A stretch of DNA of 64,000 nucleotides, from the sequence record NC_070870.1, one strand, 5' to 3'. The DNA is from Escherichia phage phi G17. Both the position numbers and the translations under genes were made by a program. Position 1 is the first letter of the stretch. The number at the start of each line of letters is the position of its first letter. The notes beneath the pieces were generated by a model, which saw nothing but the letters and a program-made list of their open reading frames with translations, was not told the origin of the DNA and made no database searches. This document shows, piece by piece, positions 1 through 10,669 of the stretch.

Positions 1-2
1 CA

Positions 3-1058
3 AATGGGCAACGTGGTTATCCTAAAGGGATGTTGGATACATTGAACCGTCGTCGATATGACGATGGGCAAGACTATGAATACAACCCAATGCAGGGTAA
101 TCCTAGTCAGTCCATTATGGAACATAAGTTCCCTGAGCTACCACAGTCGGCAATAGTAATGACCCAGATGCAAAACCAGGAAGCAGAATCACTAACTGGT
201 GTTAAAGCATTCTCCGGTGGTGTAACTGGTTCAGCTTATGGAGATGTGGCTGCCGGTATTCGTGGTGCACTTGATGCAGCATCTAAACGTGAGATGGCAA
301 TCCTTCGTCGATTGGCTAAAGGTATGGCAGACATTGGTACTAAGATTTGTGCAATGAATGCTGTGTTCTTATCCGAGAAGGAAGTAGTACGTATTACTAA
401 CGAGCAGTATGTAGAGATTAACCGTGAAGACCTTAAAGGTAACTTCGACATCGAGGTTGATATTAACACTGCTGAAATTGATAACCAGAAATCCCAGGAC
501 TTGGGCTTCATGGTTCAAACGTTAGGTAACACAGTTGACCAAAGTATTACGTTATCTCTCGTAGCTAAGATTGCAGAACTTAAACGTATGCCTGACCTTG
601 CACATGAGTTACGTACTTGGCAACCACAACCAGACCCTATGGAAGAACAACTTAAGCAATTGGCAATTCAGAAAGCACAGCTTGAGAACGAAGAGTTGCA
701 AAGTAAGATTGCACTCAATATGGCTAAGGCTAAAGAGGCTGCTTCTGCTGGTGACCTTAAGGACCTGGATTATCTGGAACAAGAATCTGGTACTAAACAT
801 GCTCGTGATATGGAGAAACAAAAAGCACAATCTCAAGGAAACCAGAACCTTCAGATAACTAAGGCATTGACAACACCTACCAAAGAAGGTGAAACTACCC
901 CCAACATATCTGCTGCTGTTGGATATAACACTTTGACTAATGGGAACTCTCCGCAAGAACGTGACCTAGCTGCTCAGCAAGACCCAGCTTATTCACTTGG
1001 TTCCCAATACTATGACCCTAGTCAAGACCCATCATCGGCTCTTGGCATGAACCTGTAA
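3..1058 (+). CDS. Putative portal protein, C-terminal portion (ORF is open to the window start, 5' end lies outside the window)
   Basis: No in-frame stop between position 3 and 1058; sits upstream of scaffold-like and capsid genes as in N4-like late modules; Q/E-rich C-terminus. Confidence 0.4.
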   Translation, partial: NGQRGYPKGMLDTLNRRRYDDGQDYEYNPMQGNPSQSIMEHKFPELPQSAIVMTQMQNQEAESLTGVKAFSGGVTGSAYGDVAAGIRGALDAASKREMAILRRLAKGMADIGTKICAMNAVFLSEKEVVRITNEQYVEINREDLKGNFDIEVDINTAEIDNQKSQDLGFMVQTLGNTVDQSITLSLVAKIAELKRMPDLAHELRTWQPQPDPMEEQLKQLAIQKAQLENEELQSKIALNMAKAKEAASAGDLKDLDYLEQESGTKHARDMEKQKAQSQGNQNLQITKALTTPTKEGETTPNISAAVGYNTLTNGNSPQERDLAAQQDPAYSLGSQYYDPSQDPSSALGMNL

Positions 1059-1071
1059 GGCAGACCTTCAC

Positions 1072-1416
1072 ATGAGTAAAGAACTAACAATTGCTGGACT
1101 GGAACATCGACTGGAAGCTGCTAAAGGTGCAGTGGCACATGCAGAAGAAGTACGTAAACTGCTTGAGAACCCACTGTTCCGTAAAGTAATCCTTCGCCAG
1201 TTCTGTGTAGAAGATTGTGCACGTTACGTACAAGAGTCTGGTGACCCACTGCTTGAAGCTAACAACCGTGCAGATGCATTGAACATGGCCCAAGCTGCTG
1301 GTCACTTACGTCGTTGGCTGGACCTCGCCATTCGTATGGGTGAGCGTGAAGCTGATGTTATTCTACAGGTACAAGATGAACTCGATGTAGTTCGTGCTGA
1401 ACCTGAAGACGAATAA
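1072..1416 (+). CDS. Hypothetical head-morphogenesis protein (114 aa)
   Basis: Tightly packed between putative portal and scaffold-like gene on the same strand. Confidence 0.5.
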   Translation: MSKELTIAGLEHRLEAAKGAVAHAEEVRKLLENPLFRKVILRQFCVEDCARYVQESGDPLLEANNRADALNMAQAAGHLRRWLDLAIRMGEREADVILQVQDELDVVRAEPEDE

Positions 1417-1435
1417 TTAACCGGAGATATTCCCT

Positions 1436-2656
1436 ATGACTACGGAAGCTGCAACCACAGCTTCCGACATTCTCGCAATGTCGGATGATGAGATTCTGAA
1501 TATGGAAGCCCCAGCAGTTATTGCTGAGGAAGATACTTCCACTCAGAACAACCCAGAAACCAACGGCGTACAGACTCCTGATGAAGAAGTTGACACTCCT
1601 GCTGTTGAAGACCTACCAACCGAAGAAACCTCCACCGAAACCGAACCAGATGAAGAAGATGCAGCAAATCCTTTAACTTCTGATAAAGTTGATGATACAG
1701 TTGTCGACACAGAAGTTGATAGTAACGGTAAGCCGATTACTAAAGCTGAACCTTCTACTACTGAACCAGGCCAGGAACAGAAAGAAGAAGGCAAACAGTC
1801 TGAAGGTCTGCCTGCTGACTTCAACTATAAAGAAGGTTACGAGAAGTTGATGGCTCCGTTCAAAGCTAACGGCAAAATGATTACTCCCCGTTCACCGGAG
1901 GAGGCCATTAGCCTGATGCAGATGGGTGCTAACTATACTCGCAAGATGCAAGAACTACAGCCTTACCGTAAGGTAATGCTGATGTTACAGAACAACGGTT
2001 TGATGGATGAGGATAAACTTTCTTACCTGATTGACTTGGATAAGAAGAATCCTGAGGCCATTAAAAAGTTGTTGAAAGACTCTGGTACAGACCCTCTGGA
2101 CTTTAACCCAGATGAGGAAATTAACTACCAGGGAGGCAATCACCGTGTTACCGACACCGAAGCAGATTTTGCAACCGAGATTGACGACTTAAAGTCTACT
2201 CAAGAAGGACAAGCTACATTAGGTGTTATCGGCTCGACATGGGATGCTGCCAGTAAAGATGCTCTTTACCAGAATCGTGGCTTACTTCAGACTATTCACG
2301 AACAACGTGAGAATGGTATTTATGACACCATTGCAAATGAAGTGAACCGTCTTCAGATGTTAGGTCAGATTCCGGTTGGTACTCCGTTCATTCAGGCTTA
2401 TAACCACGTTGGTAATCTCCTTGCACAACAAGGGGCATTTAACCAAGTGGCTAAGCCAGAACCGGTACAAGCAGTTAAACCAGTGGTTCAGCCGGTAGTG
2501 CGTGTAGCACAACCTAAGCAGACTCTGGCTAACAGTGAGCAAGCTAAAGCAGCTTCCCCTAGTCGGGCTGCTACACGTAAAGCAACACCTATTGTAAACC
2601 CACTCGCTATGAGTGATGAAGATTTCGCTAAACTCCCAGTACCGGGTAGTCTTTAA
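1436..2656 (+). CDS. Putative scaffolding protein (406 aa, strongly acidic D/E/T-rich N-terminal third)
   Basis: Position immediately upstream of major capsid gene; acidic low-complexity N-terminus. Confidence 0.4.
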   Translation: MTTEAATTASDILAMSDDEILNMEAPAVIAEEDTSTQNNPETNGVQTPDEEVDTPAVEDLPTEETSTETEPDEEDAANPLTSDKVDDTVVDTEVDSNGKPITKAEPSTTEPGQEQKEEGKQSEGLPADFNYKEGYEKLMAPFKANGKMITPRSPEEAISLMQMGANYTRKMQELQPYRKVMLMLQNNGLMDEDKLSYLIDLDKKNPEAIKKLLKDSGTDPLDFNPDEEINYQGGNHRVTDTEADFATEIDDLKSTQEGQATLGVIGSTWDAASKDALYQNRGLLQTIHEQRENGIYDTIANEVNRLQMLGQIPVGTPFIQAYNHVGNLLAQQGAFNQVAKPEPVQAVKPVVQPVVRVAQPKQTLANSEQAKAASPSRAATRKATPIVNPLAMSDEDFAKLPVPGSL

Positions 2657-2672
2657 ACAGGAATAAGATGAT

Positions 2673-3875
2673 ATGTTAAACTATAACGCTCCAATTGACG
2701 GTCAGAAATCTAGTATTGATGGTGCTGGTTCCGACCAGATGAATACCTTTTACTGGCTGAAGAAAGCTATTATTCAGTCTCGTAAAGACCAGTACTTCAT
2801 GCCACTGGCTAACACCATTAACATGCCGAAGAACTACGGTAAGACTGTTAAGGTGTACGAGTACGTTCCACTGCTTGATGATAAGAACATCAACGACCAG
2901 GGTATTGATGCTAATGGTGCTACCATTGTTAATGGTAACCTGTACGGTTCTTCTAAAGACGTTGGTAACATCACCTCTAAACTGCCTCTGCTGACAGAGA
3001 ACGGTGGTCGTGTTAACCGTGTAGGCTTTACCCGTCTGTCCCGTGAAGGTTCTATCCATAAGTTCGGTTTCTTCTACGAATTTACCCAAGAGTCCCTGGA
3101 CTTTGATTCTGATGACCAACTGAAAGAACACCTGTCTCGTGAACTGATGAACGGTGCTGTACAGTTGACTGAAGCTGTTCTCCAGAAAGACCTGTTGGCT
3201 GCTGCCGGTACTGTACTGTATGCAGGTGCTGCTACCTCTGATGCTACCATTACAGGTGAAGGTTCTACCCCGTCTGTAGTTTCTTATAAGAACCTGATGC
3301 GTCTTGACCAGATTCTTACTGAGAACCGTACCCCGACTCAGACTACTATCATCACTGGTTCTAAACTGACTGATACCAAAGTACTTGGTGGTACTCGTGT
3401 AATGTACGTTGGTTCTGAACTGGTTCCAGAACTGAAAGCGATGAAAGACCTGTTCGGTAATAAAGCATTCATCGAAATTCAGCACTATGCTGATGCTGGT
3501 ACTCTGATGAATGGTGAAGTTGGTTGTATCGACAAGTTCCGTATTATCCAGGTTCCTGAGATGCTGCATTGGGCAGGTGCTGGTGCTCAAGCTACTACTA
3601 ACCCGGGTTACCGTTCTTCTATGGTTGGTGGCCAAGAACACTATGACGTGTTCCCGATGCTGGTAGTTGGTGATGACTCCTTCTCTACCATTGGCTTCCA
3701 GACTGATGGTAAGTCTGTTAAGTTCACCATCATGACTAAGATGCCGGGTAAAGAAACTGCTGACCGTAATGACCCGTATGGCGAGACTGGTTTCAGTTCT
3801 ATCAAGTGGTACTACGGTATTCTGGTTAAACGTCCAGAACGTCTGGCTCTGATTAAGACTGTTGCTCCTCTGTAA
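2673..3875 (+). CDS. Major capsid protein (400 aa)
   Basis: ATG at 2673 with AGGA upstream; size and position match N4-type coat protein; followed by GC-rich hairpin; codon bias strong enough to leave a long stop-free antisense frame. Confidence 0.7.
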   Translation: MLNYNAPIDGQKSSIDGAGSDQMNTFYWLKKAIIQSRKDQYFMPLANTINMPKNYGKTVKVYEYVPLLDDKNINDQGIDANGATIVNGNLYGSSKDVGNITSKLPLLTENGGRVNRVGFTRLSREGSIHKFGFFYEFTQESLDFDSDDQLKEHLSRELMNGAVQLTEAVLQKDLLAAAGTVLYAGAATSDATITGEGSTPSVVSYKNLMRLDQILTENRTPTQTTIITGSKLTDTKVLGGTRVMYVGSELVPELKAMKDLFGNKAFIEIQHYADAGTLMNGEVGCIDKFRIIQVPEMLHWAGAGAQATTNPGYRSSMVGGQEHYDVFPMLVVGDDSFSTIGFQTDGKSVKFTIMTKMPGKETADRNDPYGETGFSSIKWYYGILVKRPERLALIKTVAPL

Positions 3876-3893
3876 TAGTCCGAAATAAAACAA

Positions 3894-3911
3894 GGGGGAC
3901 TCATGTCCCCC
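3894..3911. terminator. GC-rich hairpin GGGGGAC-tcat-GTCCCCC downstream of capsid gene (terminator or RNA-stabilising hairpin)
   Basis: Perfect 7-bp stem with 4-nt loop; the U-tract is weak on the plus strand and better on the minus strand. Confidence 0.45.
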
Positions 3912-3942
3912 TCTTAACAAAACTAAATGAACCACAGGAAAT

Positions 3943-4584
3943 ATGAACATGAGCATTAACGATAAACCGACCGCTGACGTAGAACTGAACGTACAGGGCA
4001 ACGAAGATACCGTTAACGATATTGCAATGCCTAGCGAACTTGAAGTTCTTAAGCAACGTGCAACGTTGATGAATATTAAGTTCTCTAACAACATCTCCGT
4101 TGAGAAACTCCGTGAGAAGATTGAAGCTGCACAAGCAAGTGATGAACCAGAGGTAGCAGAATCTGCAATTAACCCTTTGGGTGAAAAACAAGAAGCTGGT
4201 GTTAAGAAGATGACCCTGGGCCAGAAGATTCGTGCAGAACAGACTCGACTGATTCGTGTACGTATTCAGAACCTTGACCCTAAGAAGAAAGACCTGCCGG
4301 GTGAGATTATCACCGTAGCTAACGAATATATGGGTACTGTACGTAAGTTTGTTCCATTCGGTGAGGTAACCGACAATGGTTATCATATCCCGTACTGTAT
4401 TTATGAATTCCTTAAAGAGCGTAAGTTCATCAACATTACGACTCGTAAAGGTAAGAATGGCTTACCGGATATCCGTGCAACTGAGGCACGTGAGTTCTCC
4501 ATTGAAGTATTGCCCCCACTGACTGAAGCAGAATTGGCTCAACTGGCTCAAGCACAGATTGCTGCTGGTAGCCTGAACGATTAA
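3943..4584 (+). CDS. Hypothetical virion protein (213 aa)
   Basis: ATG at 3943; in late operon downstream of capsid gene. Confidence 0.5.
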   Translation: MNMSINDKPTADVELNVQGNEDTVNDIAMPSELEVLKQRATLMNIKFSNNISVEKLREKIEAAQASDEPEVAESAINPLGEKQEAGVKKMTLGQKIRAEQTRLIRVRIQNLDPKKKDLPGEIITVANEYMGTVRKFVPFGEVTDNGYHIPYCIYEFLKERKFINITTRKGKNGLPDIRATEAREFSIEVLPPLTEAELAQLAQAQIAAGSLND

Positions 4585-4654
4585 CGTATAAGCTACAGTT
4601 CAACACGGCTCACTGGGGTAACTCCGTGGGCCGTTTCTTTTTGAACCAAGAGGA

Positions 4655-5497
4655 ATGATTATGTCTTGTTCTGCTGAGGTAGAAGCTAACCGACTCCTAG
4701 AAGAGTTGACTAAGGGTGATGACTTTACCCTTCCTGATATTGATATGTCCGGCCCTGAATGGGATATCCCAGGTGGGGATGATTCCCCAATCTTTGGTGC
4801 TATTACCAAAGTAACTAATGAATCCCTTACTACCCGTGAAGTAGGGGGTAGTGGTACGTTCGATGCATTAATGGAATCTGCACACAACCATCTTAAAGCT
4901 GAGTTTAAAGCTAACCGTATTACCGGTGGTGAATATACCAAGGCATATATTGCTATGATGGAATCTTGCATGGGTAATGCTGTTCAGTTCTTACTTGGTC
5001 GTGACCAAGCATACTGGGCTGCTGCTATGGCACAGATTCAGGCAGTTACTGCACGTGTTCAACTGGCAACTTCTAAGGCACAGTTTGTACTGGCTAAGAT
5101 TCAGGCACTGTCTGCTAAGAGTGAATATGCCCTTACTAAGATGAAGATTGCTACCGAGTCTGAAACATACTGTGCTGCATTGTTTAATGCTAATCAGATG
5201 TTACCTCAACAGCTTAAGCTGATTACAGAACAGACCGAAGCACAACGTGCACAGACTCTGGATACCCGTACTGATGGTACTGCCGTTAAAGGTTCTGTAG
5301 GTAAACAGAAAGAGTTGTACACCCAACAGATTACTTCTTACCAACGTGATGCAGAAGTTAAAGCATCTAAGCTGTTTACTGATGCATGGATTACACAGAA
5401 GACTATTGATGAAGGCTTGAACCCACCTAATGGTTTCACTAACGCAAGTATTGATACCATTCTGACCAAGCTGAAGTCTAACAACGGGCTGAACTAA
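4655..5497 (+). CDS. Hypothetical virion protein (280 aa)
   Basis: ORF in late operon. Confidence 0.5.
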   Translation: MIMSCSAEVEANRLLEELTKGDDFTLPDIDMSGPEWDIPGGDDSPIFGAITKVTNESLTTREVGGSGTFDALMESAHNHLKAEFKANRITGGEYTKAYIAMMESCMGNAVQFLLGRDQAYWAAAMAQIQAVTARVQLATSKAQFVLAKIQALSAKSEYALTKMKIATESETYCAALFNANQMLPQQLKLITEQTEAQRAQTLDTRTDGTAVKGSVGKQKELYTQQITSYQRDAEVKASKLFTDAWITQKTIDEGLNPPNGFTNASIDTILTKLKSNNGLN

Positions 5498-5498
5498 T

Positions 5499-8141
5499 AT
5501 GGGCTTATTCAGTGGGAAGACCAAAGTATACGTAGCATCCTCTGTCTATAACATGGCAGGGGATATACAGAAACGTCCAAACTATATGAAGACTGTAGTC
5601 ATAGGTAAGATTGTTGCTGATACAGGATTCACTATGGCAGACACTATCTCCGATAGTTATCTGAATGGGCCAGGTATTCGTATGCGACTGTTCTCTAGCT
5701 GGAGTAAGAACCACTATGACTCAGTAGTTGGTATGGCAGGTTCTTCATTAGGTGTACTAGCTAAGATTGACCCTACTGTTATAGAGGGACAAATTACCCC
5801 ACCTGCTGGAGAATCTGTATATGTTCAGGCAGCAGAGATTGGCTTTGCTGACTTTGAACAATGGTGTGACCAGTATCTTTATGAGAATGCCCCTAGTCGA
5901 ATCATGGAACGATTCGACGTAGACATTGACGAAGATACCAATGAAATTACTATGACCTCCTTAGATGGAGGTTCTACTATTACATTCACACCTGCTAACT
6001 TTGAACCAGGTGCTTTGTATCTCTATGCTGATTACACATTCTATAAGTCTCCATCTACCAATCCACCGGTAGTAGGGCCGACTACTGTATATGATAATGA
6101 GGATGACTTACCGTCTACTTTATTGTGGACTACCATTTCAAGTGATACGACTGCTAATACAACCAACCTTACTAAGACTATACAGACTCATTCTGTTTAC
6201 TCTGATGGTAGGCCGGATGAAGACAGTACTGTTACTGAACCAAGTGTGGATAACTGGAACTCCTACGTTAAGGTTTATCGTAGAGGATTCACTGAGAAAC
6301 CTGATGATGTAACTGTAGTTGTATCCGACAGGGTAATGACTCATACAAAGTTTGGTGAGATTCAAACCAGTACTGCTGTAACTACCAATGTTGTTGATTT
6401 AGGTGGGGGTGTTACCCGTACTGACACAATCACTACAACTACAGAGACGCTGGTTCGTAAGTACTCATCCCAGACTACCCGTACTGATACTGAGATGACT
6501 GCTGTTGGTACACCTAAGATGCTTATCTATAAGCAGAACTCTGGTAACGTTGCACTTGATTCACTGTTTGAGACTGAAGCTACCGATAACCGATTCTACC
6601 CATTCATTCCAATCAGGAATGATAAACAATGGGTAGAGAATGACCCAATCTACCCATACTGTAAGAAGGCTCTCTTTAAAGCTACCGGTGGTAAAATCAA
6701 TACAGTAATGACAGAGCTTAAGAAGAACGATGACATAGATGATATTCAGTACATCTATGGTTCATTCGGAGTATCTCTTAATACTCCAGAGGATACTGCT
6801 AAGGAATACATCTACCGTTTCTTTCAGATGGCTACTGAAGCATTTCCACCTGACCCAACCTACCCTACATTGGAAGCAGTGATTGCAGGTTATCAGGCAG
6901 CAAATGATGCAGTTGATGAATATGTAGAATGGTGGAACAGACAGGAAGGTCAGATTGTTGGAACACCTCCACCACTCCCGGAATACCCTGTCATACCTAA
7001 ACGAGAGTTTAGGGTACATAGTAATAAGCAGTACAAGTACGACATGACTATTGGCTGGAACTATGTATCTGAAACTACTCATTCAGGTGAAGCATGGTCT
7101 GGTGCTAAGCAGGGACAACTTCGAGCCAGATATGCAGGAGATATAACTCTTACTCGCAAGAACATACGTACAGGTGCTAACAACAAACTGGAAGTTACTA
7201 CTACGTTTTACTCTATGCAGGAGTACGAGTTACTTTGGCAGGATGGTAATGACACTTACCGTAAACTTAGAGTACTGGGTCTAAATCACAATAACAGGGT
7301 ATACAAAAATAAATCAGTAAGTATTGACGTTGCCGAAGCAATGGGTGATGCAGAAGAGAGTGGTTTCATTATTCCACTGCACACTAACATCTACCGTTCA
7401 ATGTCACTGGTTCGTAGTACCCAATTGTCTACTGCTTGCTCTTACTTAGTGATGAACTCATATAAGAAGGTTAAGCAGAAATGGTATACATCATCAGCCT
7501 TTAAGATTGTGGTTGTTGTAGTTGCTGTTGTTGTATCCGTATTCACTATGGGTGCTGGTGGTGCAGGTATTCTTGGGGCATATGGTGCAGTTGGTGCATC
7601 ACTTGGTTTTGTTGGATTAGCTGCTGTAATAGTGGGTGCTGTAGCAAACGCCATTGCTGCAATGATTCTGGTATCCATCATCACTAAAGTATCCACTTCA
7701 CTGTTTGGTGATAAGCTGGGCTTTATTGTTGCAGCTATTGCTTCAATGGTGGCTATGAACGTTGGTACTGCTATGTCTACTGGAACATCCTTATCCACCT
7801 TAGCTGGTGAAATGATGAATGCCCAAAACATCATGCAGCTTACTAGTTCAGTAGGTAATGGTATTAGTCAGTATATTAATGCATCCACGGCTGCTACTAT
7901 TCAGAAAGCAGAGAGTGTAATGCAGCAGTACAATACTGATATGATGGCAATCAATAAGCAGTATGAAGAAATGTTTGGTACTGCTGGTCAAGGTGTAATT
8001 GACCCTATGCAATTCGTGTCAATGGAGTCGATGGATTCTTTCCTCTCACGTACTCTCATGACTGGTTCAGATATAGCTGACATGTCCCTTAACATGGTTG
8101 GAAGCTACTCTGATATGACTCTTAATACTGACCTCGTTTAA
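5499..8141 (+). CDS. Large virion protein (880 aa) with Thr-rich middle and C-terminal Gly/Ala/Val-rich hydrophobic segments; candidate ejected membrane-inserting protein
   Basis: ATG at 5499 two nt after upstream stop; hydrophobic runs such as VVVVVAVVVSVFTMGAGGAGILGAYGAVGASLGFVGLAAVIVGAV. Confidence 0.55.
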   Translation: MGLFSGKTKVYVASSVYNMAGDIQKRPNYMKTVVIGKIVADTGFTMADTISDSYLNGPGIRMRLFSSWSKNHYDSVVGMAGSSLGVLAKIDPTVIEGQITPPAGESVYVQAAEIGFADFEQWCDQYLYENAPSRIMERFDVDIDEDTNEITMTSLDGGSTITFTPANFEPGALYLYADYTFYKSPSTNPPVVGPTTVYDNEDDLPSTLLWTTISSDTTANTTNLTKTIQTHSVYSDGRPDEDSTVTEPSVDNWNSYVKVYRRGFTEKPDDVTVVVSDRVMTHTKFGEIQTSTAVTTNVVDLGGGVTRTDTITTTTETLVRKYSSQTTRTDTEMTAVGTPKMLIYKQNSGNVALDSLFETEATDNRFYPFIPIRNDKQWVENDPIYPYCKKALFKATGGKINTVMTELKKNDDIDDIQYIYGSFGVSLNTPEDTAKEYIYRFFQMATEAFPPDPTYPTLEAVIAGYQAANDAVDEYVEWWNRQEGQIVGTPPPLPEYPVIPKREFRVHSNKQYKYDMTIGWNYVSETTHSGEAWSGAKQGQLRARYAGDITLTRKNIRTGANNKLEVTTTFYSMQEYELLWQDGNDTYRKLRVLGLNHNNRVYKNKSVSIDVAEAMGDAEESGFIIPLHTNIYRSMSLVRSTQLSTACSYLVMNSYKKVKQKWYTSSAFKIVVVVVAVVVSVFTMGAGGAGILGAYGAVGASLGFVGLAAVIVGAVANAIAAMILVSIITKVSTSLFGDKLGFIVAAIASMVAMNVGTAMSTGTSLSTLAGEMMNAQNIMQLTSSVGNGISQYINASTAATIQKAESVMQQYNTDMMAINKQYEEMFGTAGQGVIDPMQFVSMESMDSFLSRTLMTGSDIADMSLNMVGSYSDMTLNTDLV

Positions 8142-8154
8142 CAGGAGAATCCTC

Positions 8155-8598
8155 ATGGATTTGTCATTCTTAACAGGCAACCAAACCCCACAGCCAGCGG
8201 CTATGTCTTGGATGTCTAATAACAACCAGAACTTTAATACCCCAGCTATGAGCTATAACCCAGGTGCAGCTATTGGTATGGGTGCAGATACAGGAGTAGC
8301 CTCCCCTACTTCTTTCTTGTCTGGTTCAGCTAATCAGTTGGGCATGAACGTACCTACCTTCCAACTAGGACTGGGTGCACTTGGTTCATTAGCTAATATC
8401 TATGGTGGTTTCCAGGCTAACAAGTTAGCCAAAGACCAGCTGAATTTTACTAAGAGTGTTACTAACACTAACCTGAATAATCAGATTAAGTCTTATAACA
8501 CTGCACTGGAAGACCGTGCTCGTAGCCGTGCTACGGCAGAGAACCGTGACCAGACTTCGGCTGATGCGTACATTGCAGCTAATAAACTAACTCGTTAA
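8155..8598 (+). CDS. Hypothetical virion protein (147 aa)
   Basis: ORF in late operon. Confidence 0.5.
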   Translation: MDLSFLTGNQTPQPAAMSWMSNNNQNFNTPAMSYNPGAAIGMGADTGVASPTSFLSGSANQLGMNVPTFQLGLGALGSLANIYGGFQANKLAKDQLNFTKSVTNTNLNNQIKSYNTALEDRARSRATAENRDQTSADAYIAANKLTR

Positions 8599-8610
8599 TA
8601 GGAAACCATC

Positions 8611-10566
8611 ATGAGCCAGATAACATGGAGAAATGTTGATGCACCTAACTTCTCTGGAGTTGGTGACAGCATTCGCACATTTGGCAGCATGATTGGTAAC
8701 GCTACCTCCGGCTTGAGTGATGCACTGGGTAATTTCCAGAACGCTGCCAAGCAGGAGGCCGGCAATGCCGTCATGATGAATGCTATGCAATACCAAGACC
8801 CGAATGAGTACCGTAATGCTTTAGCATCCGGTGCATTGTTTCAGGGGGTTGACCCTTCACTAGTAAACCAGCGTACTCTCCAGAATCTGGATGAACGTGC
8901 AGGTACATTACTGACTCAACAAGGACAGCAGGGAACCAATGACTACAATGCCTATCGCTTTGGTCGTTTACAGGATACTAACTCTGCATTAGATAATGCT
9001 TCCCCTGCTATTCGTTTGCTGTCTGAGGCTTATCAGTCCGGTGACCAGAGCCGTATTAATGCAGCATTGGGACAGACTCGTGAGGCACTGTCTGCTCTCC
9101 CTGCTGACCAGCAACTTGAGATGCTGGGTCGTCTGCAAGGGCAAGGTGGTCAGGCTATTGGTCAGGCACAGAACCGTTTTGATTTGGGTGTTGCTCAACG
9201 TAATGATGCTGATAGTCAGGCAGCTATGGGTGTAATGTCACAGATTACCCGTGGTGCTGAGAACCCTAATGATGCTCGTCTGTTGGCTGAAGCATACAGT
9301 AAGAACCTGTCTCCAGTTGCACAAGCACGTTTGCAGGGATTACTGGCTAGTGCTTACCCGGGTGTATACGGTAACGGTGTTGGTGCTGCTTCTGCACCAG
9401 GTACTGCTGGTACTCGTCAGGGTTCTCCTTATGATGTTACTTACCAGTTTGCTGGTACATCCACTCCTATTACTCAAATGAGTATTGGTGATGTAATCAA
9501 ACACCAGGAAGGTATGAAGACGAACCAAGGTGCTTCACCTGTTGGTGCATTCCAGATTAACCAAGCTACCCTACAAGACTTCGCTCCCAAAGTTCTTGGT
9601 TCAGATTGGCAAAGCCAGCCACTCTCTGCTGAGAACCAGGATAAGATTGGTAAGGCTATCTTCGAACAGCGTAAGAATGGCAACCTTAAAGATACTTGGG
9701 CTGCACTTCCTAATGCTGGTGTTGGTGCTTATAAAGACATGACATGGGAAGAGATTAAACCAATCATTGCACAAGCAGAAGTTGGTGCTAATCCATTGGC
9801 TATGCGGCAGACTGCACAAGGCAACCAAGCCGTATCTACCTTGGCTCAAGGTATGATTGGTACTCGTTCTATGCAGGATAACACCGGCAGTCTTAACACT
9901 GACTTCCTTGGTACAGTCACTGATAATACCCCGGTAGGTGAGATTACTAACCGTCTGTTGGAAGGTGACTTTAAAGGTGCTGACCGTAACTGGGTACTGA
10001 ACCGACTGACTGATATTTCTCAACGTGGGAATATGTCACCAGCTATGGCTGCTGCTGTTATGCAACGTGCACAGACTGGCGTACCGGAGGGTTGGATTAG
10101 TCGTGCCATAGATGGGGTTAACCCATTCATTACTAATGAAGCTGGTAATGGTATGCGTCTTAATGACCGTCAGGTAGAACAGTTAATTGAAGGTGTAAAA
10201 CGAGGTGAACCACTGGAAGGTAGTGTACGTAACCTTGGACGTGCTCAAGCTGCACAGAGCATTCAGGCAGCACAGACTGCTTATGATGCTGCTGTAGCTG
10301 CACTGACTAATACCCAGAACAAGATTAACACTGGACAGAGTGGTCTTACTGCACTGTTACCTGCACGACAGGAAGCTGTTACTAGAGCTGCTGCAATGCT
10401 CCAGGCTGCACAGGCACAAGTACAAGCTGACCCAGCTAACCTGGCTCCAAGAGGTTTCCAGTCACAGTCTAGTGTGGACCGGGCACGAGCTAAGGAAGAT
10501 GAAGAACGTGCTGCACGGTACTTACGTCAGGCACAAGGTTTACCTGAGTATATGCAACCTCGCTAA
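8611..10566 (+). CDS. Virion protein (651 aa), Q/A-rich with coiled-coil-like C-terminus
   Basis: ATG at 8611; lies immediately upstream of the giant polymerase gene; followed by a strong terminator. Confidence 0.55.
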   Translation: MSQITWRNVDAPNFSGVGDSIRTFGSMIGNATSGLSDALGNFQNAAKQEAGNAVMMNAMQYQDPNEYRNALASGALFQGVDPSLVNQRTLQNLDERAGTLLTQQGQQGTNDYNAYRFGRLQDTNSALDNASPAIRLLSEAYQSGDQSRINAALGQTREALSALPADQQLEMLGRLQGQGGQAIGQAQNRFDLGVAQRNDADSQAAMGVMSQITRGAENPNDARLLAEAYSKNLSPVAQARLQGLLASAYPGVYGNGVGAASAPGTAGTRQGSPYDVTYQFAGTSTPITQMSIGDVIKHQEGMKTNQGASPVGAFQINQATLQDFAPKVLGSDWQSQPLSAENQDKIGKAIFEQRKNGNLKDTWAALPNAGVGAYKDMTWEEIKPIIAQAEVGANPLAMRQTAQGNQAVSTLAQGMIGTRSMQDNTGSLNTDFLGTVTDNTPVGEITNRLLEGDFKGADRNWVLNRLTDISQRGNMSPAMAAAVMQRAQTGVPEGWISRAIDGVNPFITNEAGNGMRLNDRQVEQLIEGVKRGEPLEGSVRNLGRAQAAQSIQAAQTAYDAAVAALTNTQNKINTGQSGLTALLPARQEAVTRAAAMLQAAQAQVQADPANLAPRGFQSQSSVDRARAKEDEERAARYLRQAQGLPEYMQPR

Positions 10567-10584
10567 AATACTTCATACTAATAA

Positions 10585-10606
10585 AAGCCCTCCGGGGCTT
10601 TTTTCT
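10585..10606 (+). terminator. Intrinsic terminator AAGCCC-tccg-GGGCTT + TTTTCT
   Basis: Hairpin followed by T-run 19 nt after the stop at 10566. Confidence 0.7.
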
Positions 10607-10669
10607 TACACTGGCTTACTGTAGAGTAGGCTTCCTATATACGATATAAGTTTGAACAGGAAACATGCT

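Noticed and set aside
3894-3911. Treating the post-capsid hairpin as a confident plus-strand terminator
   Set aside because: The T-run is better on the minus strand than the plus strand, so it is reported only as a hairpin/possible terminator with reduced confidence.
2676-4094. 472-aa ORF on the minus strand antisense to the major capsid gene
   Set aside because: It lies entirely opposite a well-supported capsid gene with RBS and downstream hairpin; long stop-free antisense frames arise from strong codon bias in highly expressed genes. No RBS or operon context supports it.
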